From assembly GCA_958296245.1 (NCBI GenBank), contig OY282458.1, forward strand, positions 926,440-990,439: a stretch of 64,000 nt of DNA. The letters run 5' to 3'. The notes below the pieces were generated by a model. The model did not search any database and was not told where the DNA came from. It saw nothing but the letters and a program-made list of their open reading frames with translations. The DNA comes from an uncultured Dehalococcoidia bacterium (GTDB lineage: Bacteria; Chloroflexota; Dehalococcoidia; Lucifugimonadales; G958296245). Made by a program: the position numbers and the translations under genes. The stretch's first letter is position 1. The number at the start of each line of letters is the position of its first letter. Positions 1 to 7,680 of this stretch are shown one piece after another.

Positions 1-1451
1 GGGTTGTAGGCGAAGCGCGTGTCCCATTCAGGCTTGTAGACGAACGACTGGAACAGGGGCGAGCCTTTGACATTGCAAAGGCCGCCGTAGAACCGGTCGC
101 ATATCTTTGCCCAGTCCACGCCAATCCAGAAGGCCTCGCGGATCCGAGGGTCCCTCAGGCGCTCAATGCGCTGGTTCCAAGCGTAGGAGGAGATCAGGCC
201 AGCCTGGGTCCCGTACACGTCGAACCGCGGGTCCTGGAAGAACTCCTTGTTCGCGGCCAGCGACACGCCGCCGCGCACCGTCGTATCGACCTCCCCGCGC
301 TGCAGGGCGATCTGGGTCGCGTCGGCGGAGGGGATGATCTCCAGGATCAACCTGTCGATGTTGGGCCGCCCGAAGTAGAAATCGTCGAACGCCTCGAGGA
401 CCATGGCCTGCTGGGGCACCCAGCTCACGAACTTGAACGGGCCGGAGCCCATCAGCCCCTGGGACCAGAAGTCGTGCTCGAATAGCTGGTCGTCCGGGAT
501 GTCCTTCAGCGCGTGCTCAGGCAGGATGGGCGCAGGGCTCAGAGCCGCGACGACGACAAGCTCGTCCAGGAACGTCACGTTGGGACGCTCCATGATCAGC
601 TTGATCGTATGGTCGTCTACTATCTGTATCCCCTCTACGTCCGTTGCCGTGCCTTCCTGGAAGGCCTTGGCGCCCTTGACGGAGGCGTAGGTGTTCACCA
701 TCCACTCGGCACTCTGGGGGTTCAGCAGCGACCTGACCGTGAACGCTACGTCGTTGGCCGTCACGGGCGTTCCGTCATGCCACTTGGCGTGTTTCTGGAG
801 GTAGAACGTGTACTCGGTCGCGTCCTCGTTGACCTCCCAGCCCGCCGCCAGGTCCGGGGCCCACGTCCCCGTTGCGGGGCCGGGCTGCACCAAGCGCGAG
901 AACGTCCAGCCGAGCGTGATCGTCACGGCGCCGCTGCCCCCGGTGTGCGGATTGAATCCCGGCGGCATGTTGGCCATGCGGACGCGGAGCACCTTCTCCT
1001 CGGTTGGCCTCTCGACCTCCACGGTCTTCACCACCTCCTTCTCCACGACCACCTCCACCGGCACCTCCTTCACCACCTCTTTCTCCACGACCACCTCTAC
1101 CGGCACCTCCTTCACCACCTCTTTCTCCACGACCACCGTCTCGCCGGGCACCTCCACGGTCTTCACCACCTCTTTTTCCACGACCACCGTCTCGCCGGGC
1201 ACCTCTACGGTTCTCACCACCTCCTTCTCCACGACCACCTCCACCGGCACCTCCTTCACCACCTCTTTCTCCACGACCACCGTCTCGCCGGGCACCTCCA
1301 CGGTCTTCACCACCTCTTTCTCCACGACCACCTCTACCGGCACCTCCTTCACCACTTCCCTGGTGCCGCAGGCTGCCAGGAATAGAAAGGCGGCGACCAC
1401 AGCCATAATGCAGACCAATACCATTCGCGGCGCTTTCCAGAACGTATTCAT
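1..1451 (-). CDS. ABC-transporter substrate-binding lipoprotein, family 5 (Opp/Dpp/Nik type); C-terminal end lies outside the window
   Basis: Absent from the ORF track because it runs off the window. My translation of the minus strand from ATG 1451 (GGAGGAG just upstream): [30 protein letters not shown] (signal peptide + lipobox), a V/E/K-rich repeat linker, then ...[19 protein letters not shown]...[19 protein letters not shown]...[30 protein letters not shown]..., the usual family-5 SBP pattern. The listed ORFs at 775-1500 are other frames of the repeat. Confidence 0.85.
   Translation of the reverse strand, partial: MNTFWKAPRMVLVCIMAVVAAFLFLAACGTREVVKEVPVEVVVEKEVVKTVEVPGETVVVEKEVVKEVPVEVVVEKEVVRTVEVPGETVVVEKEVVKTVEVPGETVVVEKEVVKEVPVEVVVEKEVVKEVPVEVVVEKEVVKTVEVERPTEEKVLRVRMANMPPGFNPHTGGSGAVTITLGWTFSRLVQPGPATGTWAPDLAAGWEVNEDATEYTFYLQKHAKWHDGTPVTANDVAFTVRSLLNPQSAEWMVNTYASVKGAKAFQEGTATDVEGIQIVDDHTIKLIMERPNVTFLDELVVVAALSPAPILPEHALKDIPDDQLFEHDFWSQGLMGSGPFKFVSWVPQQAMVLEAFDDFYFGRPNIDRLILEIIPSADATQIALQRGEVDTTVRGGVSLAANKEFFQDPRFDVYGTQAGLISSYAWNQRIERLRDPRIREAFWIGVDWAKICDRFYGGLCNVKGSPLFQSFVYKPEWDTRFAYN
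1010..1365 (-). repeat. in-frame tandem coding repeat (two interleaved units of 14 and 17 codons) forming the SBP linker
   Basis: Minus-strand translation gives alternating [14 protein letters not shown] and [17 protein letters not shown] units, about 8 units; on the plus strand seen as repeated ...ccacctccttctccacgaccacc.../...ccaccgtctcgccgggcacctcc... blocks. Confidence 0.9.
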
Positions 1452-1748
1452 TTGCTCCTCCAGTGCTGAGCTCCAATCCTCCGTATACAACCCACCTTGA
1501 GTAAGGCGCCCCTAATCTATACGTGACCTACACGGATGTCAACTTGAGGGATCTCGTTCACAGTACCCGCAGTGCCTAGCTGCCGAGCGTAACTGTTTCA
1601 GCCTTGGCGAGAATACAGGGCCGCCCTCTCGTGTTGGTGATTTCTGAGGAGTGCAGCGACGAAGAATATGATGAGCAAGCGCCCCGTGCGGTTGATCTAC
1701 GTCGATGCTACAATAGGCGCCGCTGTACATCTTCCTCGGAGGTCGACG

Positions 1749-2663
1749 ATGACCGAATTCCGCGGCGTCTTCCCCGCGATAATCACACCGATGACTCAGG
1801 ACGGCCACGTGAACGAGGCCGCGTTCCGCGAGGTGCTCGAATTCAACATCAGGGGCGGCGTTCATGGATTCTGGGTGGCCGGCGGCACTGGCGAGGGCGT
1901 CCTGCTCACCGACGATGAGAACCGGCGCATATCCGAGATAGCCGTCGATCAGAACCGCGGCCGATCCAAGCTAATCATGCACGTCGGCGCCCCAACGACA
2001 GAGCGCGCCGTGGGAATGGCGGAGCACGCCGCCCGGGCGGGCGTAGACGCCATCTGCGCCGTGCCCCCCTTCTTCTACAGGCCTGGCGACGACGCCATCG
2101 TCGAGCACTACCGCGCGGTGGGGGCCGCTGCCGGGCTGCCCCTGTTCGTCTACAACCTGCCGCAGTCCACCGGCGTGGAGATCACCCCTGAGCTCATGCA
2201 CAAGCTGCAGGACCGCATACCGCAGCTCAAAGGACTGAAGCACTCGTCGTTGATCTTCGCCAACATACGTACCTTCGCCGACATGGGCCTGAGCTGCTTC
2301 ACCGGCAGTTCGGTTCTCATGCTGCCTGCGCTGACCATCGGTGCCAGCGGCATTGTGGACGGACCGCCTTGCGCGGCGCCTGAGCGGTGGGTCGAGATAT
2401 GGAACGCGTACAACGACGGCGACTTGGGCCGCGCCGAAAAGGCCCAGCGGGAAGCTCACGAGCTCTTCGAGGCGGCGACGGGACTCGGCTTTCACGTCTA
2501 CTTCGCCACCCTTCACGCCATCGTCAGTGAGAGACTCGGCATCGACTGCGGCAGCCCCCGGCCGCCGCTCCCAGCCCTAACCATCGCCCAAAAGGCGAAA
2601 GTTGCCGAGAAAGTCGCGGAATTGGGCCTGTCTGCCGTACCAGTCGGCGCCGACGGCTCCTAA
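1749..2663 (+). CDS. dihydrodipicolinate synthase / N-acetylneuraminate lyase family class I aldolase (substrate unknown)
   Basis: ORF 1668-2663; start moved to ATG 1749 (GGAGG 1738-1742). MTEFRGVFPAIITPM..., GFWVAGGTGEG, CAVPPFFY, VYNLPQSTG are family signatures. Confidence 0.85.
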   Translation: MTEFRGVFPAIITPMTQDGHVNEAAFREVLEFNIRGGVHGFWVAGGTGEGVLLTDDENRRISEIAVDQNRGRSKLIMHVGAPTTERAVGMAEHAARAGVDAICAVPPFFYRPGDDAIVEHYRAVGAAAGLPLFVYNLPQSTGVEITPELMHKLQDRIPQLKGLKHSSLIFANIRTFADMGLSCFTGSSVLMLPALTIGASGIVDGPPCAAPERWVEIWNAYNDGDLGRAEKAQREAHELFEAATGLGFHVYFATLHAIVSERLGIDCGSPRPPLPALTIAQKAKVAEKVAELGLSAVPVGADGS

Positions 2664-2753
2664 CCGCTCCCGGTGTACCTTAGGAATCCCGGGAGCGCCC
2701 GTTGACCCCGCATGGCGCGCCCCTATGAGGGCGCCCAGGATAAGGAGCGCGCA

Positions 2754-3614
2754 ATGGCTGACCAACTGTCCCTGAAACACCCCCTGTCGGCGCCCGTCGA
2801 GTCTGGCCTGGACAATCTGGAGCGCTTGGGCCTCAAGGCCGAGGCCTCTATGGGCGACGACATAGAGGCCATAGACGAGTTCGCCGGCGTGCTGATCAGC
2901 GCCCATGCTCCGGTGACCATCGGCAGCATGCGTCTCAACTACGGCGCGACCGACAAGGGCTTCCGCGACAGGTCCATTGCTCACGTCATCGACTACGTCG
3001 AAAAGGCGCGGCGCTACCCCAACGTCAGGCAGATCAACATGCACCCCGGCCCCAGGCAGTGGCTGAACGAGGAGCAGACCGAGGGGCGCCAAGGCGACTA
3101 TGATCTTATGATCGACGGTATCCGGCAGATCGCGGCTCACGCAGCCGGATTCGGCTTGGAGATCGTCCTTGAAAATAACAACGCATACTGGGCGGGTGTG
3201 CCGGACGCGACTGCGGCGGCGGCCGTCGACTGGTCCCAACGCAATATATCCTTCGGGTCGTCGCCCCAGGAGTGGATCCAGATATGCGAGGATACTGACC
3301 GGGACAACGTGGGGCTCTGCCTCGACTCCAGCCACACTTGCACCTATGCCCACACCTTCGCGGACCCGGTTGAGCGCGAGGACGTGGTGATGCGGTTCTT
3401 GGCCAAGCCGCACCTGATCCGCCACGTGCATTGGAGCGACAACCACCTCTACGACCTGAGGGGCCGGAGCGACGCCCACGCGGTCTTGGGCCAAGGGTCG
3501 CTGCCGATAGAGATGCACCGCGTCATCAAGGACCTCGACGCGACCCTACTTCTCGAGCATTTCTACACCACCGAGGAGCTGGAGGGCGAGTTGGAGTTCA
3601 TCGCGAACCTGTAG
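2754..3614 (+). CDS. sugar phosphate isomerase/epimerase-like (xylose-isomerase-like TIM barrel) protein
   Basis: ORF 2712-3614; start moved to ATG 2754 (AAGGAG 2742-2747). INMHPG, VLENN, LCLDSSH, HVHWSDN motifs typical of this TIM-barrel family. Confidence 0.75.
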   Translation: MADQLSLKHPLSAPVESGLDNLERLGLKAEASMGDDIEAIDEFAGVLISAHAPVTIGSMRLNYGATDKGFRDRSIAHVIDYVEKARRYPNVRQINMHPGPRQWLNEEQTEGRQGDYDLMIDGIRQIAAHAAGFGLEIVLENNNAYWAGVPDATAAAAVDWSQRNISFGSSPQEWIQICEDTDRDNVGLCLDSSHTCTYAHTFADPVEREDVVMRFLAKPHLIRHVHWSDNHLYDLRGRSDAHAVLGQGSLPIEMHRVIKDLDATLLLEHFYTTEELEGELEFIANL

Positions 3615-3649
3615 CGCATGACGATAGAGCGCAAGCAGGAACCAGCCGA

Positions 3650-4678
3650 ATGATCGGGGTATCCATCGGATCCGGGGGGACTGCCGCCGCAGCCGCTGCC
3701 CTGCGGGAGACCGCACGCGCCGCGGACGTCGCCGAGCTGCGGCTGGACATGATGGACGAGTACGACCTCGCAACACTGCTGAGCGGACGCCCGTGCCCCG
3801 TGGTGGTGACCAACCGCGCTGCACGCGAAGGCGGGCGTGCCGTTGGCGGCGAGCGCGAGCGGGCGGCGCCGCTCCTGCAGGCCATAGAGATGGGCGCCGA
3901 ATACGTTGACGTCGAGCACGACGCCGTTGACCTGATCCCGGACAGGAAGAACACCCGCCTGATCGTGTCGAGTCACGACTTCCAGGGGATGCCCCGCGAC
4001 CTGCCGGGCCTTCACCTCAGCCTCGCAGCCAGAGGCGCCGACGTGGTCAAGGTAGTGGGGACGGCCCGCCGCATTTCCGACAACGTCGGCGTGCTCGACC
4101 TGCTCTCGAAGACGGACGTGCCCACCATAGCCATAGCCATGGGCGGGGCCGGACTGGTAAGCAGGGTGCTGGCGCTCCGGTACGAGTCGTGCCTGCTCAC
4201 GTACTGCACCCTGGATACGGGAGAGGCGGTCGCTCCCGGGCAACTGGCCGTCGAAACGATGCGCCAAGTCTACTGTGCGGACCGCATTGGGACGGGGACG
4301 GCCGTCTTCGGCGTGCTGAGCGCCGAACCCGTAGCCTGCGAGCCGGTGGCGTCGCTGAACGCGGCGACGCGGGACGCAGGGGTCGATGGCGTGTGGGTGC
4401 CTATGCCGGCACTGTACGACGGCGAGTCGCCGGCGGACGTCGTCCGCGCCTTCCGTCGAATCGCCGTCGCGGGCTACGCCGTCGTGGGCGCTGCCCAAGC
4501 CGCCGTGATGCCGGCCCTGGACCGAGTGGAATCCTCAGGCCCTGCAGGCCGGACCGACGCCATACGCCTGGATGGCGAAGCACTGGTGGGGGCGTGGACC
4601 GGCGGCCTTCAGGCCTCCTTCACGCTGCTCACCGGCCGCCAAGCCCCGCCTCGGCTCGTAACCGTTCAGTCTCCATGA
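3650..4678 (+). CDS. aroD: type I 3-dehydroquinate dehydratase fused to a degenerate shikimate-dehydrogenase N-terminal-like domain
   Basis: ORF 3431-4678 has an implausible Arg/Pro-rich N-terminus; likely start ATG 3650 (MIGVSIG). ELRLDMM, IVSSHDFQGMP and GADVVKVVG (catalytic His and Lys contexts) match type I dehydroquinase. The last ~110 aa (TAVFGVLSAEPVA...GYAVVG) resemble only the substrate-binding N-domain of AroE, with no Rossmann GxGxxG part. Confidence 0.65.
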   Translation: MIGVSIGSGGTAAAAAALRETARAADVAELRLDMMDEYDLATLLSGRPCPVVVTNRAAREGGRAVGGERERAAPLLQAIEMGAEYVDVEHDAVDLIPDRKNTRLIVSSHDFQGMPRDLPGLHLSLAARGADVVKVVGTARRISDNVGVLDLLSKTDVPTIAIAMGGAGLVSRVLALRYESCLLTYCTLDTGEAVAPGQLAVETMRQVYCADRIGTGTAVFGVLSAEPVACEPVASLNAATRDAGVDGVWVPMPALYDGESPADVVRAFRRIAVAGYAVVGAAQAAVMPALDRVESSGPAGRTDAIRLDGEALVGAWTGGLQASFTLLTGRQAPPRLVTVQSP

Positions 4679-4735
4679 GTTGACAGGAAGGGAAGGGGTA
4701 ACGATCTCTGGCCGCTTTGCAGGCACCCCCTGTCC

Positions 4736-4866
4736 GTCATTTCTGAGGAGCGCAGCGACGGAGAATCCTAAAGTCCTTGCGCACCGCACCAGGCCGTCTG
4801 GGAATGAACCATCCCACTGACAGGCCTCAGATTCCTCACTCCGCTGTGCGCTGCGTTCGGAATGAC
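4736..4866. repeat. inverted pair of a short interspersed repeat (GTCATTYC...GAGGAATCC family)
   Basis: GTCATTTCTGAGGAGCGCAGCGACGGAGAATCC (4736-4768) and inverted GATTCCTCACTCCGCTGTGCGCTGCGTTCGGAATGAC (4830-4866). Related copies at 1637-1667 (GTGATTTCTGAGGAGTGCAGCGACGAAGAAT) and 31885-31921 (GTCATTCCGAACGCAGAAGCCATCGGAGTGAGGAATC). Confidence 0.7.
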
Positions 4867-4980
4867 AATTTGGGTGGCTGGCGCTGTGTTCGGGATGACG
4901 GTTTGGGGTGGCTGGCGCCGCGTTCGGGATGACGGTTTGGGGTGGCTGGCGCTGCGTTCGGGATGACAGTTTTGGAGAGG
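4850..4980 (+). repeat. 33-34-nt tandem repeat, about 3.9 copies
   Basis: Units at 4850-4882, 4883-4916, 4917-4950, 4951-4980 (partial): GCYGYGTTCGGGATGACGGTTTGGGGTGGCTGGC. Each unit contains GTTCGGRATGAC, the reverse complement of the GTCATYCCGAAC half of the interspersed repeat. Confidence 0.9.
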
Positions 4981-5092
4981 CCCTCACGATTCGACTCGGC
5001 GAGACTGGACAATTGGGGAGATCCTCACGATTTATCTCACAGAGACTGAACAGCTACGCTTGACAATGCGGATGGGCGGGTGGTACCGTTGA

Positions 5093-5191
5093 ATGGTCAT
5101 GGAAGTCATGGGTGCGGCCCGTTATTGGCGCTTTTATTTTACTCCCGGCCTCGTGGCCGCCGGTTACGTCCAGGTGTGTGCAAACAGGTAA
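5093..5191 (+). CDS. putative attenuator leader peptide rich in aromatic residues
   Basis: ATG 5093 (alternative ATGs 5099, 5108) to TAA 5189-5191: MVMEVMGAARYWRFYFTPGLVAAGYVQVCANR. The codon run TAT TGG CGC TTT TAT TTT (5123-5140) carries Tyr, Trp and Phe, and uses AT-ending codons in a GC-rich genome. It lies between a TTGACA box (5060-5065) and a terminator immediately upstream of DAHP synthase. Confidence 0.5.
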   Translation: MVMEVMGAARYWRFYFTPGLVAAGYVQVCANR

Positions 5192-5218
5192 GTTAGAGAC
5201 GAGTACAGGCAAGACCAG

Positions 5219-5251
5219 GACCCCTACCGGCGCCGGAAGGGGTCTTTTTTT
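5219..5251 (+). terminator. intrinsic terminator (attenuator) upstream of DAHP synthase
   Basis: GACCCCT (5219-5225) pairs with AGGGGTC (5238-5244), with inner CCG/CGG pairs. It is followed by seven T (5245-5251); the T-run ends 14 nt before the aroG GTG start. Confidence 0.75.
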
Positions 5252-5265
5252 GTGGAGGTTAAAAC

Positions 5266-6339
5266 GTGTCTACCGCAACGGAAAGAAAGCAAGCCATTCG
5301 AGATGTCAACGTGAGTGTTACAGAGCCGCTGATGCCGCCGTCCGCGCTGCTCGCGGAACTGCCCCTCGCAGGGGAGGCGGAGGAGGCCGTGCTGGAGGGC
5401 AGGCGGAGCATTCGGCGCGTGCTGGACGGCGAGGACCGGCGCTTCATCGTGATTGCCGGCCCGTGCTCGATTCACGACTACGACGCCGCTCTGGAGTATG
5501 CAGAAAGGCTGGTCCGCTTGGCACAGCCGCTGAGCGACCGGATACTCACGGTCATGCGCGTCTACTTCGAGAAGCCGCGCACGACGGTGGGATGGAAGGG
5601 CCTTGTTTACGACCCGCACCTGAACGACAGCTTCGACATCGTCGCCGGCCTGCGGCAGGGCCGGTCGCTGCTCTTGGAGGTCGCCAAGATGGGCATCCAT
5701 GCCGCGACCGAGTTCTTGGACCCCATCGTGCCCCAGTACTTCGCCGATCTCGTGTCGTGGGCTGCGATCGGGGCCAGGACAGCCGAGAGCCAGACCCACC
5801 GCCAGATGGCCAGCGGGTTGAGCATGCCCGTGGGCTTCAAGAACGGCACCGGAGGCAGCGTGCAGCTCGCCGTTGACGCCGTCATCTCTGCGCGCGCCTC
5901 CCACGGTTTCCTTGGCATCGACCTGGACGGCCACGCGTCCGTGATCCAGACTAGGGGTAACCCGTACGGCCACGTGGTGCTCCGGGGCGGCAGCCGCGGC
6001 CCTAACTACGACGCCGAGTCCGTGTCCGGCGCACAGGGCACGCTCTCCAAGGCCGGACTGACTCCGAATCTCCTCGTCGATTGCAGCCACGGCAACTGCG
6101 ACAAGGACCACACCAAGATGCGCGTCGCCTTCCAGGACGTCGTCGAGCAGCGGACCGCCGGAAACGCAGGCATCATCGGCTGCATGTTGGAGAGCAACCT
6201 CAACCCCGGCAATCAGAAGCTCAACGGCGGGCGTGAAGGCCTCGCGCACGGCGTTTCGATCACCGACCCGTGCATTGGCTGGCAGGAGACGGAGGAGCTG
6301 TTCGGCTGGGCCTACGACCGCCTCGGGGCCACGGCCTAG
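5266..6339 (+). CDS. aroG: 3-deoxy-7-phosphoheptulonate (DAHP) synthase, class I
   Basis: GTG 5266 with GGAGG 5254-5258. IVIAGPCSIHD, VMRVYFEKPRTTVGWKGL, DPHLNDSF, WAAIGARTAESQTHRQMASGLSMPVGFKNGTGG align along the whole length with E. coli AroG/F/H. The isozyme/feedback type is not determinable. Confidence 0.95.
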   Translation: MSTATERKQAIRDVNVSVTEPLMPPSALLAELPLAGEAEEAVLEGRRSIRRVLDGEDRRFIVIAGPCSIHDYDAALEYAERLVRLAQPLSDRILTVMRVYFEKPRTTVGWKGLVYDPHLNDSFDIVAGLRQGRSLLLEVAKMGIHAATEFLDPIVPQYFADLVSWAAIGARTAESQTHRQMASGLSMPVGFKNGTGGSVQLAVDAVISARASHGFLGIDLDGHASVIQTRGNPYGHVVLRGGSRGPNYDAESVSGAQGTLSKAGLTPNLLVDCSHGNCDKDHTKMRVAFQDVVEQRTAGNAGIIGCMLESNLNPGNQKLNGGREGLAHGVSITDPCIGWQETEELFGWAYDRLGATA

Positions 6340-6387
6340 CAGGGTCTCTTTGGCGCCGTGCAGGCCCGCGCGGCGCGGAGGCGCAGC

Positions 6388-7236
6388 GTGTACACACCCG
6401 TCAGGGTTGCCGCGATTTCGATCAAGCCCACACCGTGGGCCAAGGACGCGAACGCCGACAAGATGGAGGCGTTCTTCAGGGAGGCCGCCGACGGCGAGCC
6501 GGACTTGGTATTGACCACGGAGGGCGTCCTCGAGGGCTACGTCGTCATGGACGCGGTCATGGACCCTGAGAAGGGCGGGGCCATGCTCGAAGTCGCAGAG
6601 CCCATCGACGGGCCGTATATCGCGCGCTTTCGCAAGCTCGCCAAGAGTCTGGGGACGAGCCTCGCGTTCGGATTCGCCGAGCGGATAGACCGGGATGTGT
6701 ACAACACGGCTGTCTTCATTGGCCCGGACGGCGAGATATGCGGCAAGTACCACAAGGTACAGCTTGCAGAGGGCGCCCACGAGTCGTGGTACTTCAACAG
6801 GGTTGGCAAGTCGCTCCGGGCGTTCGACACGCCCCTTGGCCGCGCAGGCTTCATGATCTGCAACGATAGATGGAACCCGCTCATCGCCCGGACCCTGGTG
6901 CTGGACGGGGCGCGGCTTCTGCTCATCCCGTCCTACGGCGACAAGTCGAAGCGCCAGAACGAGGCGGTGGTGGCGCGTTCGCGCGAGAACGGCGTGCCGG
7001 TCGTCGAGGCGAACGTGGGCGTGAACCTGATCGTCAGCAAGGGCGAGCAGGTCGCGTACGCGTGGGGCAATGACCGCATCACGACGGCGTACGTGGAGAT
7101 GCCCGCGTTCCCCTCCACGTCCTTGGCGCGCTCGTCGGAGGCCGAGTACCTCGCCCGGCAGGGCCCGGAGATGAGACGCCGGTACGACGAAACGGCCCGC
7201 CGCCTCGCGGAAGACCCCACGCGGCGGCCCGCGTAA
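6388..7236 (+). CDS. carbon-nitrogen hydrolase (nitrilase superfamily) protein
   Basis: ORF 6358-7236; probable start GTG 6388 (GGAGG 6 nt upstream). VRVAAISIKP..., LVLTTEG (Glu), CGKYHKVQL (Lys), GFMICNDRWNP (Cys) form the E-K-C triad pattern. Confidence 0.8.
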   Translation: MYTPVRVAAISIKPTPWAKDANADKMEAFFREAADGEPDLVLTTEGVLEGYVVMDAVMDPEKGGAMLEVAEPIDGPYIARFRKLAKSLGTSLAFGFAERIDRDVYNTAVFIGPDGEICGKYHKVQLAEGAHESWYFNRVGKSLRAFDTPLGRAGFMICNDRWNPLIARTLVLDGARLLLIPSYGDKSKRQNEAVVARSRENGVPVVEANVGVNLIVSKGEQVAYAWGNDRITTAYVEMPAFPSTSLARSSEAEYLARQGPEMRRRYDETARRLAEDPTRRPA

Positions 7237-7258
7237 CCGGGGGCGGCAGTCACCCGGC

Positions 7259-7669
7259 TCAGCTTCTGAAGACGGCGCTCTCCGGCGCAAAGCTGACTAT
7301 TACGCGGTTCTCGCTCCGTAGCTGGGCCATGCGCGCCTCGACCCCTTCGGGGGGCACGTAACGCTCGACTATCGTCCTGGTCACAGGCCAGATCGAGTCG
7401 CCGTCGCTTATCTCGGCTCGGCCTCGTATCGTCACGTACATCTCGGCGAGCGGCCCTGAGTAGACGCATACCGAGATGCGGTCGTTCCGGGACAGGTTCT
7501 TGTACTTGACCCGCTCCTTGGTAGTCGAGAACGACAGGCGGCCGTCCTGGTAGACGTACCAGTTGGGCGTGAGCTGCGGCATACCGCTGGGGCTTATCGT
7601 CCCGACGACGGCGATCCTGGACGGCGCCAGGAAGGCTTCCAATTGGGCTGCCTCTTCGGGGTCCGACAT
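7259..7669 (-). CDS. pyridoxamine 5'-phosphate oxidase-like (PPOX-class, possibly F420-dependent) protein
   Basis: C-terminal part of ORF 7259-8269; start ATG 7669 with GGAGGAAG upstream. MSDPEEAAQLEAFLAPSRIAVVGTISPSGMPQLTPNWYVY...VCVY... is a typical split-barrel PPOX pattern. Confidence 0.7.
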   Translation of the reverse strand: MSDPEEAAQLEAFLAPSRIAVVGTISPSGMPQLTPNWYVYQDGRLSFSTTKERVKYKNLSRNDRISVCVYSGPLAEMYVTIRGRAEISDGDSIWPVTRTIVERYVPPEGVEARMAQLRSENRVIVSFAPESAVFRS

Positions 7670-7680
7670 GTTGCTTCCTC

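Noticed and set aside
513-1500. ORFs 513-1385(+), 775-1476(-), 808-1500(+) and 1004-1408(+), with H/L-, G/R/E-, S/T- and P/S/R-rich low-complexity products
   Set aside because: They are alternative frames of the tandem linker repeat. The real gene is the minus-strand SBP starting at 1451, which has a signal peptide, a lipobox and a recognisable mature domain.
3431-3649. N-terminal extensions of several track ORFs, including 3431, 1668, 18794, 21674, 30843, 35299, 36095, 43984, 47080, 54161 and 56262
   Set aside because: The extensions are Arg/Pro/Gly-rich, overlap upstream genes or repeat elements, and lack an SD. Internal starts with an SD give canonical family N-termini.
4535-4987. 150-aa minus-strand ORF (..VIPNAAPATPNRHPEHSASHPNCHSERSAQRSEESEA..)
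   Set aside because: It lies entirely across the interspersed and tandem repeats, and its periodic sequence reflects the DNA repeat, not a protein.
5078-5090. GGGTGGTACCG resembles the conserved T-box antiterminator core, suggesting a T-box riboswitch before aroG
   Set aside because: It lies about 130 nt upstream of the terminator rather than overlapping its 5' arm, and I could not find Stem I/specifier features. The aromatic-rich leader ORF explains the region better. An Rfam T-box covariance model scan would settle this.
5224-7290. 688-aa minus-strand ORF spanning aroG and the C-N hydrolase
   Set aside because: It is antisense to two genes with clear family motifs. The product is Arg/Ala/Gly/Pro-rich, typical of shadow ORFs in high-GC DNA.
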